Shown in pieces: positions 50,116-61,133 of a DNA stretch of 64,000 nt. The notes beneath the pieces are model-generated. The model made no database searches. It was not told the origin of the DNA and worked only from the letters and a program-made list of their open reading frames with translations. Numbering within the stretch: position 1 is the stretch's first letter; each line of letters opens with the position of its first letter. Both the position numbers and the translations under genes were made by a program. The stretch comes from Sphyrna mokarran (Eukaryota): NCBI GenBank assembly GCA_024679065.1, contig JAGIQG010000009.1, positions 91,016,001-91,080,000 of the forward strand. The letters run 5' to 3'.

Positions 50116-51279
50116 TATTTATAAAATCCTCCTGTGTTCAAATGGCCCACCTAACATGGCGATTTGCAAGAGCAAGCTAGGATAATTGGACAAGTACAGA
50201 AACAGATAGCTTGCAGCTTCAAAAGAATTGGACAGAGATAAACAGACTGTAACTGTAGATGTTGGAGTGCACAGGCTACAGACCACTTCAAGGACAAAGA
50301 ATGTATTTTGGTCAAACAGTGTTGTTTACCAGTCACAAGGGCCTTGACCCCTCCTTTGGGAGGAAAGTATGTCACTTATGTGCCTCCAGCATCTACAGGC
50401 ATGGTTGTTGGGTACATCCCCAGAGACCAGTGTGGCAACACCTGATTGGACTTCATCAATTGGGGTAATCAAGTCCTGATTATTTATTGCCAATCAAAAA
50501 GGACGCAAAACCAATAAGATGTAAAAGGTGCTGCAGAACAGAAGAACCTCTCTTTTCCCCCTAATGAACAAACAACAGTGACTATCGCTAGCAATGGCCA
50601 ATGCAAGGAGAGCAACCTTGGAAGGAAGGAACAGCAGAGCCAGAGTGTCAAACCAGACTACAGACAGCAACACGCAGATAAAGGCCAATACCTGCCTGGG
50701 TACTTGCCAGTCAAGTGAACGTTAGTATTCTGTAAGATAACTTAGTATTGATTGAGTGGAAGCCTAATAATTGTGAGAATCAATATTACTGTACTAACAA
50801 GAAGTCTACTCGCATATAAGGGTGGACTGTGCAAGCTGTGCAGCAGGCACCCGCTGCTCTCCCCCTGACTTCCCATCTGGGCTCACTGAAGAATGGGATT
50901 TTGGACTGTAAGTTAACAGTTAATGCTACTGAAGTCCCTCCATTACTATTCCAGGAATGGCTTCCTCCCTGGGTGCTTGTGCTGATAGATCAGAAACTAA
51001 AAACCATTCTGTCCAGTGTGTATCTGATTGCCTTCTTGGTCAGAGTGATAGTCAGTGACTTGTACCTGATGCTGCACCAAAAAAATGCTGAGAATCTATA
51101 GGAGCTTCTAAACATATTTATATCTTCTTTTGATGATGTTTGGTGATCTGGTCAAAGGCTAAATTGGCCTTAAACTGATTGGACTGATGGTGGAAAAGGC
51201 TGGAGACAGATACTGCTGAGACAGACAATACTTTGGAAGGACAGTTCCCCTGTGTGAGCACTGGAAGATAAACAACACA

Positions 51280-51719
51280 GACAATTCTCAGTGAAAGTGA
51301 AGCAGGTGAACAAGCTCCAAGTCCATGTGGAGATGTCGGTATTTGGCAAGTGGAGGAGCAGGGTGATAAGGTGAAATAATCTTGATATGTCACACACTGG
51401 AAGGGTTTGTCTTCCAGGAGGTCCAACAACTGTGTGCGAAGGTTTTATTACAGAACTCACATCGATAGAGCATCTCCCCTATGTAAGGTGTGTTCAAGGC
51501 TCAGGGGATAATCTGACTGTATGAAAGTCTTGTCACATAATTCACACCTGAATGGTTTCTCAGCATTGTGAATCTACTAACACTTCAGGAGATCTGAGAA
51601 GTTACCAACCTTGTTACCAACATCAAACCTGCAGAGTTTCTCCCTATATGAATCTTTTGCAATTCAAAGAAGGTCAAAGGTATTACAAAAGCTTTAGTGC
51701 AAATCTCACACTTGAGGGG
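51280..51719 (-). pseudogene. Decayed C2H2 fingers downstream of the ZNF stop
   Basis: After the TAA: PLKCEICTKAF..QKIH, EKPFRCELCDKTF, YRCEFCNKTF and DKPFQCV, with frameshifts and stops. Confidence 0.8.
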
Positions 51720-52736
51720 TTACTCCTGGTGGATACTTTGATGTAACAAATGTTTTGATGGTCTTGAGAAGGATGTATTGCATTCCTCACACGTGAACGG
51801 TTTCTCTTCTGTGTGAATGCGTTGATGCTTACGGAGGTTTGATGAGTCCGAGAATGATTTGTCACACACGTCACATGTGAATGGTTTCTCCCCTGTGTGA
51901 ATGCGTCGGTGTACAACAAGGGTCGATGACCGTGAGAACAACTTATCACACACATCACACATAAATGGGTTCTCCCCAGTATGAATGCGTTGGTGTTCAA
52001 GGAGGGTTGATGATCGCAAAAACGATTTGTTGCACACCCCACACATGAATGGCTTCTCCCCAGTGTGAATGCGTTGGTGTTGGAGGAGTGCCGAAGATCG
52101 TGTGAATGACTTGTTGCACACTTCACACTTGAATGGCTTCTCCCCAGTATGAATGCGCTGGTGTTCAAGGAGAGTCCATGACTGTGAAAATGACTTTTTG
52201 CACACCTCACATTTGAATGGCTTCTCCCCGGTATGAATGTGTTGGTGAGTCACGAGTGTTGCTAACATCGCGAAGGCTTGGTCACACACCTCACATTTGA
52301 ATGGTTTCTTCCCAGTATGAAGGTATTGGTGTTTGCGGAGATTTGATGGATATGAGAATGATGCATTGCAGACTTCACATATGTATGGTTTCTTCCCAGT
52401 GTGAATGCGTTGGTGTGCATGGAGATTTGATGACTGAGAGAATGATTTGCTGCATACATTGCAAATGAATGGTTTCTCCCCTGTATGAATGCGTTGGTGT
52501 ACACGGAGGGTCGATAACTGTGCAAATGATTTATTACACACCTGGCACATGAAGGATTTCTCCCCTGTGTGAATCTTCTGATGTGACAGGAGATGGGAGG
52601 ATTGGGTGAAAAACATTTCACAAATTTCACACCTGAAGGGTTTTTCTCCTGTGTGAATTCGCTGATGTATCAGAAGTCTTGTGGATGTCATAAAGGTTTT
52701 ATTGCAAATCTCACAGTTGAATGGTTTCACTTCCAT
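51720..52736 (-). CDS. Tandem C2H2 (Kruppel-type) zinc-finger protein, 12 fingers, 338 aa
   Basis: 12 CxxC..HxxxH units with TGEKP linkers, uninterrupted; probable exon acceptor CCTGTTTTACAG at 53183-53184. Confidence 0.93.
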   Translation of the reverse strand: MEVKPFNCEICNKTFMTSTRLLIHQRIHTGEKPFRCEICEMFFTQSSHLLSHQKIHTGEKSFMCQVCNKSFAQLSTLRVHQRIHTGEKPFICNVCSKSFSQSSNLHAHQRIHTGKKPYICEVCNASFSYPSNLRKHQYLHTGKKPFKCEVCDQAFAMLATLVTHQHIHTGEKPFKCEVCKKSFSQSWTLLEHQRIHTGEKPFKCEVCNKSFTRSSALLQHQRIHTGEKPFMCGVCNKSFLRSSTLLEHQRIHTGENPFMCDVCDKLFSRSSTLVVHRRIHTGEKPFTCDVCDKSFSDSSNLRKHQRIHTEEKPFTCEECNTSFSRPSKHLLHQSIHQE

Positions 52737-54369
52737 TTGGTTGCCCGTGAGAAGAGTTCTCCAACAGACGCATTACGCATGTTAGGGATGTCACATACCT
52801 TACATGCAAACAAACTTCCACCTGCAGCAGATTTTCATGCCTTCATGAGGTTTGATGAATGATGAAACCTTTCACTACATTTCGAAGTTCACTTTTCATT
52901 TCTCACTTGACCAATCACCTACAGCCGAACCTCTAGAAAAGGTTGGTTCTGCTGGAAGGTTTCACACCACTGACCAGTTTCAGATCTGATGATGTGTCAA
53001 AGCACCCCTGACCTGGCCAGTTTCTAGGTGGTTTCACTGCCAAACCATTTTTGTGTTGAGCATGTTGAGAAGGGACTGGGATATCTTTCCACAGTTGTGC
53101 AGTTGTTCTTTGGGTGATGGTCAGGATTTATCTGCAGTATCTATTCTCTCTGTATTCTCTGGTGTAGTTTGGTGCAATCCTTCTGTAAAACAGGAAAAGG
53201 AAACATAATTTTCTTCATTACCCTCCCTCCTTTATTGAAAGGTTTGACTCCAGAGTTAGAGACTTTTCCATAGTGAGTGCCTAACTGCCAGCCCTCTGAA
53301 TGGGAAATCAGATGCTAGTCCTTTATTTTTCTTCACTTGACTGTCACCCTCTGTTTCCACTGGAACACTGGATAATGATTAGGAGCAGACAACATGGCTA
53401 CTTTATTTACTCATCCAGATCCTATCTTCCCAGCACTGTGAGGCAAAGGGAAAAACAGTGGGGTGGAGTATCAATTCAGGAGAAAATTTAATTCAATAGG
53501 GAAAATGGAATTCCTCCCTGTTTTGCAAAATTATTTGAAGAAAACACACTGGGCTAGAAGTGAAGGAAAAATATTGCTTCAGTGTAGCTGAAGGATTCTG
53601 GTTTATCCTAGGAAATTACTCACTCAGATTGCACATCCCAAATTCAGCTATCAGTCACAGCACTGGGCAAAACTATTAAATCCAAGCACAGGCCTGGAAA
53701 GGCCAAGATAATTTTTTAAAGAAAGCATTAAAAAACATTTAATGATAGGTATTAAGGCCAAACTGTTACGGTGCTATATTAACCAGACTGGGATATTTTA
53801 AATCCAACCACAGAAAGTTACAAACGTGGAATTACACTGTGGAAACAGGTCACTCAACCCAATTGGTTTTTGCTGATGTTAATGCTTTCCACAAGCTTCC
53901 TCTCACCCATCTCCATCTCACCCTATTAAAATATCGTTCTGTTCCTTGCTCCTCATGTACTTACCTAGATTCACCTTAAAGACATCTATGTTATCCACCT
54001 CAACCACTCCTTCTTGTGAAACTGAATTTAATACATTTAGGAACTTGTGGAATTGAATCAAACATGAAAACTTTCAGTTTGTCTTAAAAATATAAATATT
54101 GTCCTTCAGTAAAGGGAGCCTGCTACAACTGTCTGGTCTGGTCATCATATGATTCCAGTCCCAAACATGACTGACTTTAAACTGCCCTCTGAAGTGACAC
54201 AGGAAGCAATGACAACAATCAGTACAAAGTCCAACAATAAGAGGAAAATCAGACAGATTTAAACACTCTTGGCATCGTGTCAGAATAAGATTAAGGTGAT
54301 CTCAGCCCAGTGAAATCTGTAAAGTCTCTCTTACTAAGGTCACAGGACAAATTCCCCAAGTCAGGACCC

Positions 54370-55630
54370 TCCAGTTTCCCTGGCTCCTTCATGAGCAAGA
54401 CACAGCTCCTGTTAGACTGCTTGATAGCTCTGGAGCTGTGGACGGATTCACTTTGCAGCATCAGCGATGCTGAGGAAGATCATTGATAGCATGTTCAGTG
54501 AGTTGGTCACACTGCAGGTAAAAATTACTGAGCGAGATAGGGAATGAGTGACCACCAGACAGGGGAAGAGTAGAGTGTAGGGGTCCCCTACGTCCAAAAT
54601 AGATATGTTATTTTGGATACTATTGGGGAGATGGCTTGGGAAGTTGTACAAATGAAGTAGCGGCATGATGAGAAAACTGGTCAATTATCTGGTACAAAAT
54701 AAGGAAAGCTGATCAAGTTATTTCAAAATGCCAGACTTCTGTAAGACTTAATAAGACTGACTCCGCATAACTTAAGACATGAATAAGACCGGAGAAGGTC
54801 AAGACCTGATCAGGCTAACTCCGCATGGCTTAGCACAATATGAGTACGATAAGGTCAGGTTGAAGGGGTCATCGACCTTCCTCTGTTCTATCAAAGGACA
54901 AGATAAAGGTATGACTGATGAGATAAAGAATTCCAGAAGGTCTGCAGGTTATACCATGATTAATGACACTGCTTATGATGTCTCTATTTGATCAAATTCC
55001 TGAATAAGCACTGGTTTTGCAAATGATTATGCATAAATACTGAGAAAGAATTAGCAAGTCATAACGATGGCTCTCTGAACTCAATACTACATGCGGTCTT
55101 TTGGAAAGAAAGACAAGTTATTTTGTAGGAACAAACTTTGTTGAATCTTTTTACCACAGTCAAGAAGCAGGAAAATTTGCACTTCAACAGGCTCATCAGG
55201 AGAAGATGGCAGCAGCCAAGTTCATGGCACTGTGGCTGGTTCTGCCGCGCAGGAGAGCAGGAAAAAGAGTGGCAGAGCTATAGTGATAGGGGACTCATTT
55301 GTAAGGGGAATAGACATGTGTTTCTGGGGATGCACATGAGTCTCCAGGATGGTATGTTACCTTCCTGAGGCAAGGATCAGGGATGTCTTGGAGGGGGAGG
55401 GTGAACAGCTAGCTGTCGTGGTGCATATTTGCTCCAACGATACAAGTTAAAAGAAAGGAATGATGTCCTACAAGCACAATTTAGGGAGTTAGAGTTTAAC
55501 TAAAAAGTAGGACCTCAAAGATTAGAATCTCAGGATTGCTACCAGTGCCACCTGTTAGTCAGTGTAAGAGTGTCAGGATAGCCAAGATGAATATGTGGTT
55601 TAAGAGATGGTGCAAGCGGGAGGGATTCCA
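54370..55630 (+). mobile_element. Old CR1 ORF1 (esterase) relic with internal insertions
   Basis: AIVIGDSFVRGID (GDS at 55289-55297), CYLPEARIRDV, VVHICSND and ISGLLPVP. Confidence 0.82.
54740..55132 (+). mobile_element. Solo-LTR-like insertion
   Basis: TG...CA ends, about 390 bp, internal short repeats and a TATA-like ATAAATA; no convincing TSD. Confidence 0.35.
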
Positions 55631-55635
55631 ATGGT

Positions 55636-55840
55636 GCAGCACTGTGGCACAGTGATTAACACTGTTTACCTCACAGCGCCAGGGACCCGGGTTCAATTCC
55701 CGATTTGGGTCACTGTGTGAGCTTGCACTTTTTTCCCTTATCTGTGTGGGTTTACTCCAGGAGCTCCACTTTCCTCCTGTAATCCAAAAGGATAGATGAA
55801 TTGCACGTGCAAAGTTGTCCCTTAATGTCAGATGGACATT
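55636..55840 (+). mobile_element. HE1-type SINE (5' part)
   Basis: GTGGCACAGTG..CAGCGCCAGGGACCCGGGTTCAATTCCC. Confidence 0.85.
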
Positions 55841-55841
55841 A

Positions 55842-56120
55842 AGAACAAAGAATAAAAAAAATTACACAACTAGAATAGGCCCTTCAGCCCACCAAGCCTG
55901 CACCGACCATGATGCCTGACTTAACTAAAACCCCCTATCTTTCCGGGGATCATATCCTTCTATTCCCATCCTATTCATGTACTTGTCAAGGTGCCTCTTA
56001 AAAGTCACTACCGTATCTGCTTTCACCACGTACCCTGGTAACGAGTTCCAGGCACACATTACCCTCTGTTTAAAACATCTGCCAAATACACCTCCTTTAA
56101 ACCTTGACCCTTGCACCTTA
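55842..56120 (-). mobile_element. CR1 3' tail fragment
   Basis: WNSLP..FKRHLDKYMNRMGIEGY plus tail. Confidence 0.85.
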
Positions 56121-57087
56121 AACATAAAGCATAAAACATAGGACACTATAGCACAAACAGGCCCTTCGGCCTACAAGTTGCGCCGATCATATCCCTACTT
56201 ACCATGCCTATCTATAACCCTCAATCCCATTAAATCCCACGTACTCATCCAGAAGTCTCTTAAAAGAGTTCGCCTCCACCACCACCGACAGCAGCCAATT
56301 CCACTCACTCACCATACTCTGAGTGAAAAACTTACTCCTGAAATCTCTTCTGTACCTACTCCCCAGCATCTTAAACCTGTGTCCTCTCGTAGCGACCGTT
56401 TCATCCCTGGGAAATAGCTTCCGAGAATCCACCCTATCTATACCTCTCAACATCTTATAAACCTCTATCAGGTCGCCTCACATCGTTCATCTCTCCAGGG
56501 AGCAAAGACCTAGCTCCCTCAACCTATCCTCACAAAGCATGCCACCCAATCCAGGTAACATTCTTGTAAATCCCTCGATTAATGAAGGCTTGTACATCAT
56601 CCACCTTCTTGACCACATCCTCCACCTGCGAGGCACATTTAAGAGTCCTATGGACCCAGACCCCAAGGTCCTTCTGATCCTCTACACTGCTAAGAGTCCT
56701 ACCCTTGATATTATACTCCTTCATGGTATGGAAGGTCTGAGTTACAAGGAGAGGTTAGGCAAATTGGGACTGTTTTCCTTAGAAAGGCGTAGACTTAGAG
56801 GAGATCTGATAGAGGTGTACAAGATTATGAGGGGTATAGATAGAGTAAACAGGGTTAAGCTTTTTCCTAGGATGGACTCAAATAGCATGAGGGGTCACGG
56901 GCTTAGGATGAGGGAGGTAAGGTATAATTTGGATGCTAAAGAGAGTTTTTTCACACAGAGGGTGGTGGGGGTATGGAATGCACTGCCAAGTAAAGTGGTG
57001 GAGGCAGGCACTCTGGAGTTATTTAAGAAATACTTAGATGGGCACATGGGCACAAAGTCTTTTACTTTAGTTCTTAGAGTGTTTATT

Positions 57088-57277
57088 TCGGCGCTCCGTA
57101 GCGGGAGATAGGCGCGGGGGGCTGCAGGGAAGGAAGCGCGGGAGTATATAAGGAAGGCCAAGGTAGACAGCGGGCAGCATCGGGAGCGGGCAGTGGAGTG
57201 AGACGGGAATTAGAGTGAGAGCAATAAGGGCTTAAGCTCACTGGGCTTGGGCGAGCGCAGGCTTGGACGCGGTGAGT
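57088..57277 (+). promoter_or_regulatory. CpG-rich 5' UTR with TATA box and splice donor
   Basis: TATATAAG at 57145-57152, GGAAG motifs upstream, GCG|GTGAGT at 57272-57277. Confidence 0.55.
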
Positions 57278-57334
57278 AACTTGATTCCTATCTAACCTTT
57301 AGATAACCCAACACCTTTAAAGGGGGTGTACAAA

Positions 57335-58240
57335 ATGCCAGGCTACTTGGCCAAACGCGTCCACTGTGTACGCTGCCATATGTGGACCTTCTTGGAGGCA
57401 CCACGTCTCCCGAAGGCCCACATATGCGCAAAATGTTTAGAATTGCATCGTTTAAGAGCTAGGGTGAGGAAGCTGGAGCTGCGCTTGGAGGACATGTGTC
57501 TAGTGAGGGAAAACGAAGTTATAATGAATAGGGAAGGTAGTCCTGTGGGGACCCCAGGATCTAGTAGCAGGGACGGGCTGGTTACAGATACAAGGAAAAA
57601 GAATAAAAATCAAGGCACAAAGGCCATCTCAAAGGAGGATTCCCAGAAAACCAAGGGAGGGGTAAAAGCTGTGATGGAGAAGGCAAGTGAAGGGGAACAG
57701 AATGCCGCAGAGAACAGCAGGAAAGCAGGAAGAGAGATACTGGTGGGGGATGGGATGGTTAAAGGGATCGATAGGCGTTTCTGTGGGCAAAAGAGAGACT
57801 CCAGGATGGTAGTCTGCCTCCCTGGAGCAGGGGTCCATGATGTTTCAGAGAGGGTAGAGGGAATTTTGAAGGGAGAAGGGTCTAAGGCAAATGTAATAGT
57901 TCACGTAGGACAGAAAGATGTAGGAAGAAAGCGCAGGGGGGACATACGTAGGCAGTTTAGGGAGTTGGGGGCTCAGCTGAAAGGTAGGGCCTCCAGGGTG
58001 GCGTTCTCTGGGCTGCTGCCTGTGCCCAGCACCGATAGGGTAAAAACTAATGAGACACTACAACTAAATGCATGGATGAGGGATTGGTGTAGGTTAGAAG
58101 GCTTCATATTCATTGATCATTGGGAAGTCTTCAGGAGGGAGGGTCATCTATTCAAGAAGGATAGGGAGCAGTTGTCTGGGAGGGGAACCCATATTTTAGC
58201 TGGGAGGTTAGCTGGAGTGTTTCAGAAGTGTTTAAACTAA
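57335..58240 (+). CDS. CR1 ORF1p: CxxC-CxxC zinc finger, coiled coil, SGNH esterase-like domain
   Basis: CVRC..CAKC, LRARVRKLELRLEDM, LVGDG, CLPGA, VHVG and FSGLLPVP..LNAWMRDWC..GFIFIDHW. Confidence 0.93.
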   Translation: MPGYLAKRVHCVRCHMWTFLEAPRLPKAHICAKCLELHRLRARVRKLELRLEDMCLVRENEVIMNREGSPVGTPGSSSRDGLVTDTRKKNKNQGTKAISKEDSQKTKGGVKAVMEKASEGEQNAAENSRKAGREILVGDGMVKGIDRRFCGQKRDSRMVVCLPGAGVHDVSERVEGILKGEGSKANVIVHVGQKDVGRKRRGDIRRQFRELGAQLKGRASRVAFSGLLPVPSTDRVKTNETLQLNAWMRDWCRLEGFIFIDHWEVFRREGHLFKKDREQLSGRGTHILAGRLAGVFQKCLN

Positions 58241-58258
58241 TAGGGAGGGAGGGTGGGG
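58231..58258 (+). promoter_or_regulatory. Candidate -1 ribosomal frameshift signal (T TTA AAC, 5-nt spacer, G-quadruplex motif)
   Basis: In-frame X XXY YYZ heptamer immediately before the ORF1 TAA; ORF2 is in the -1 frame; GGGAGGGAGGGTGGGG at 58243-58258. Confidence 0.65.
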
Positions 58259-61133
58259 AGAGAGAGGGAACTGGGAGTGGGAGAGAGAGGGGTGATAGGG
58301 TAACACCAGAAGGTAGAAAGGAATATCCGAGAGCTGAGGGTCTTCAGTGCATGTGTTTTAATGCGAGGAGTGTGACTGGCAAAACAGATGAACTGAAGGC
58401 AATAATGTTCACGAGGAGTTTAGAAGTGGTGGCGGTGACTGAGTCGTGGTTGAAGGAGGGGCAAGGCTGGCAATTGAATATTCCAGGATATAAGTGTTTT
58501 AGGCATGACAGAGTTGGTGTGAGGAGAGGCGGGGGAGTGGCTTTATTAGTTAAGGACAACATCATAGCAGTGCAGAGGGAGGGAGGTACGGATGATTTAG
58601 GAATTGAGTCTCTATGGGTGGAGTTGAGGAATAGGAAGGGAGTGGTTACTACGTTGGGTGTTTACTACAGACCGCCCAACAGCCCGCGGGCCGTGGAAGA
58701 AGGGATATGCAGGGACATTTTAGATAAGTGTAGGAAAAATAGGGTAGTAGTAATGGGAGATTTCAATTTCCCTGGAGTAGATTGGAGAGTGCCCAGAGCG
58801 GTAGGAGTGGACGGGGAGGAATTTGTACATTGTGTTTTGGAAGGGTCCTTAGACCAGTATGTGGATGGCCCGACTAGAGAGGGGGCTATACTGGATTTGG
58901 TTCTGGGGAATGAGCCAGGGCAGGTGGTTGACGTCGAGGTAGGAGAGCACGTGTCAAATAGTGATCACAACTCTGTCTGCTTTAGGATATTAATGGAAAA
59001 GGACGAGACCTGCCCAAAAGCAAAGGTATTTAACTGGGGGAGGGCTAGATACAGCCAGATTAGGCAAGATCTTAAAGATACCGACTGGGATAAGCTTTTT
59101 GAGGGCTGGTCGACGAGGTACATGTGGGAGTCTTTCAAGGGAAAACTAAATTCTCTGCAGGAAAGATACGTGCCGGCAAGGAGGAAGGATGGGAAAGGTA
59201 GGATTAGAGAACCGTGGCTTACCAGGGATATTGAGGACTTGATCAGGAAGAAGCGAGAGGCGTACATTAGATCTAGGCAACTGGGGACTGAGACAGCGCT
59301 GGAAGCTTATAGAAAGTGTAGACGGGATCTTAAAAGGGGTGTTAGAAAGGCAAAAAGGGGCCACGAAGTGGCTCTGGCAGGTAAGATTAAGGAAAATCCT
59401 AAGGCATTTTACACCTATGTAAGGAGCAAAAGGATGGTTAGAGGCAAGATTGGACCTCTCAGGGACAGAGGATGGGATCTATGCTTAGAGCCTGAGGGAA
59501 TGGGGGAGATCCTGAATGAATACTTTGCGTCGGTATTCACGCAGGAGACTGGCCAGATGTCTGTTGCTGATTTTGACAAAGTTGAGGATCCGTTGAGGGA
59601 AATAAAGATTACAAGGAAAGAGGTGTTGGGGCTGTTAGACAGCTTAAAGACATATAAAGCTCCAGGGCCTGATGGCATTTACCCCAGGCTGCTAAGGGAG
59701 TTGAGGGAAGACCTAGCTGGGCCTCTGACGCAAATCTTTGTCTCTTCCTTGGACACAGTGAGGTCCCAGAGGACTGGAGGATAGCAAATGTAGTACCGTT
59801 GTTTAAAAAAGGTCAGAGGGATAACCCAGGGAACTATAGGCCGGTGAGCTTGACTTCAGTTATGGGTAAGCTAATGGAGAGGATCCGTAGGGACAGGATG
59901 TATGAGCATCTGGAGCGCTGCGATCTGATCAGGGATACGCAGCATGGCTTCGTCAAGGGGAAGTCCTGTCTTACAAATCTAGTGGAATTTTTTGAAGAAG
60001 TGACAAAAACAGTCGATGAAGGACATGCTGTTGATGTCGCCTACATGGATTTCAGTAAGGCGTTTGACAAGGTTCCTCATGGTAGACTGATAGAGAAGGT
60101 GAAGGCGCATGGGATACAGGACCAGGTATGTAGATGGGTCGAGAACTGGCTCGGGAGGAGGAGACGGAGGGTAGTAGTGGAAGGCTCTTTTTCCGACTGG
60201 AGGCCTGTCACTAGTGGAGTGCCACAAGGCTCAGTACTAGGTCCTCTTCTATTTGTGGTCTACATAAACGACTTGGAAGTTGGGATAGGTGGTGAGATCA
60301 GCAAATTTGCTGATGACACCAAGATGCTTGGATTGGCGGGTACAGAGGAGCAGTGCCAGGCAATACAACAGGGATAGACAGGTTGGTAGACTGGGCAGAT
60401 AGATGGCAAATGGAATTTAATCTGGATAAATGCGAGGTGATGCATTTTGGCTGGAAAAATGTAGAAGAGAGTTATAGGATAAAAGGTAAAACTATTCGGA
60501 GTATAGAGACGCAGAGAGACTGGGGGGTGCAGGTTCACAAGTCTCTGAAGGTGTCTTCACAGGTGGAGAAGGTGATAAAGAAAGCTTATAGTATGTTAGC
60601 TTTCATTGAAAAGGGTATAGAATACAAGAGTAGGAGTTTGATGTTGCAATTGTATAGAACGTTGGTTAGGCCTCCCTTGGAATACTGCGTCCAGTTCTGG
60701 TCGCCGTACTATCGGAAGGATGTGGAGTCCTTGGAGACAGTGCAGAGGAGGTTTACCAGGATGCTGCCTGGTATGGAAGGACTGTCTTATGAGGAACGAT
60801 TAAATAGACTGGGGTTGTTTTCCCTTGAAAGACGTCGGCTTAGAGGGGATCTCATAGAGGTGTATAAGATTATAAGGGTATAGATAGAGTAAATGGAGGT
60901 AAACTTTTTCCACCTTCAGAAATGGATAGGACGAGGGGTCATGGCCATAGGGTGAGGGGGGGGCTATGTATAAGACGAATATTAGAGGGCAGTTTTTCAC
61001 ACAAAGGGTAGTGGGGGTGTGGAATGCACTGCCGAGTAAGGTGGTGGGAGCAGGCACACTAGGGCTGTTTAAGGGTCTCTTGGACAGCCACATGAGCGGT
61101 ATGCAGATAGAGGAATATAGTAGGACTGTTTAA
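58231..61133 (+). CDS. CR1 ORF2p (APE endonuclease plus RT), broken by four small indels
   Basis: FNARS, VTESW, YYRPP, MGDFN, SDH, YRPVSLTS, DFSKAFD and FADD; indels at about 59758, 60372, 60877 and 60956-60963; stop at 61131-61133. Confidence 0.92.

Noticed and set aside
50130-51110. Faint resemblance to DIRS-type RNase H / tyrosine recombinase motifs (e.g. CPV-like segment near 51010)
   Set aside because: Too degenerate to support without a profile search
51683-52630. Cys/His-rich alternative-frame ORFs over the ZNF gene
   Set aside because: Shadow frames of the repetitive finger array
56539-57111. 190-aa ORF (also 17464-18144 and 62051-62620)
   Set aside because: Chance read-through across nested LINE junctions, not genes
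57272-57302. Mini-intron GTGAGT...CTAACCTTTAG in the CR1 5' UTR
   Set aside because: Only 31 nt, below normal spliceosomal intron size
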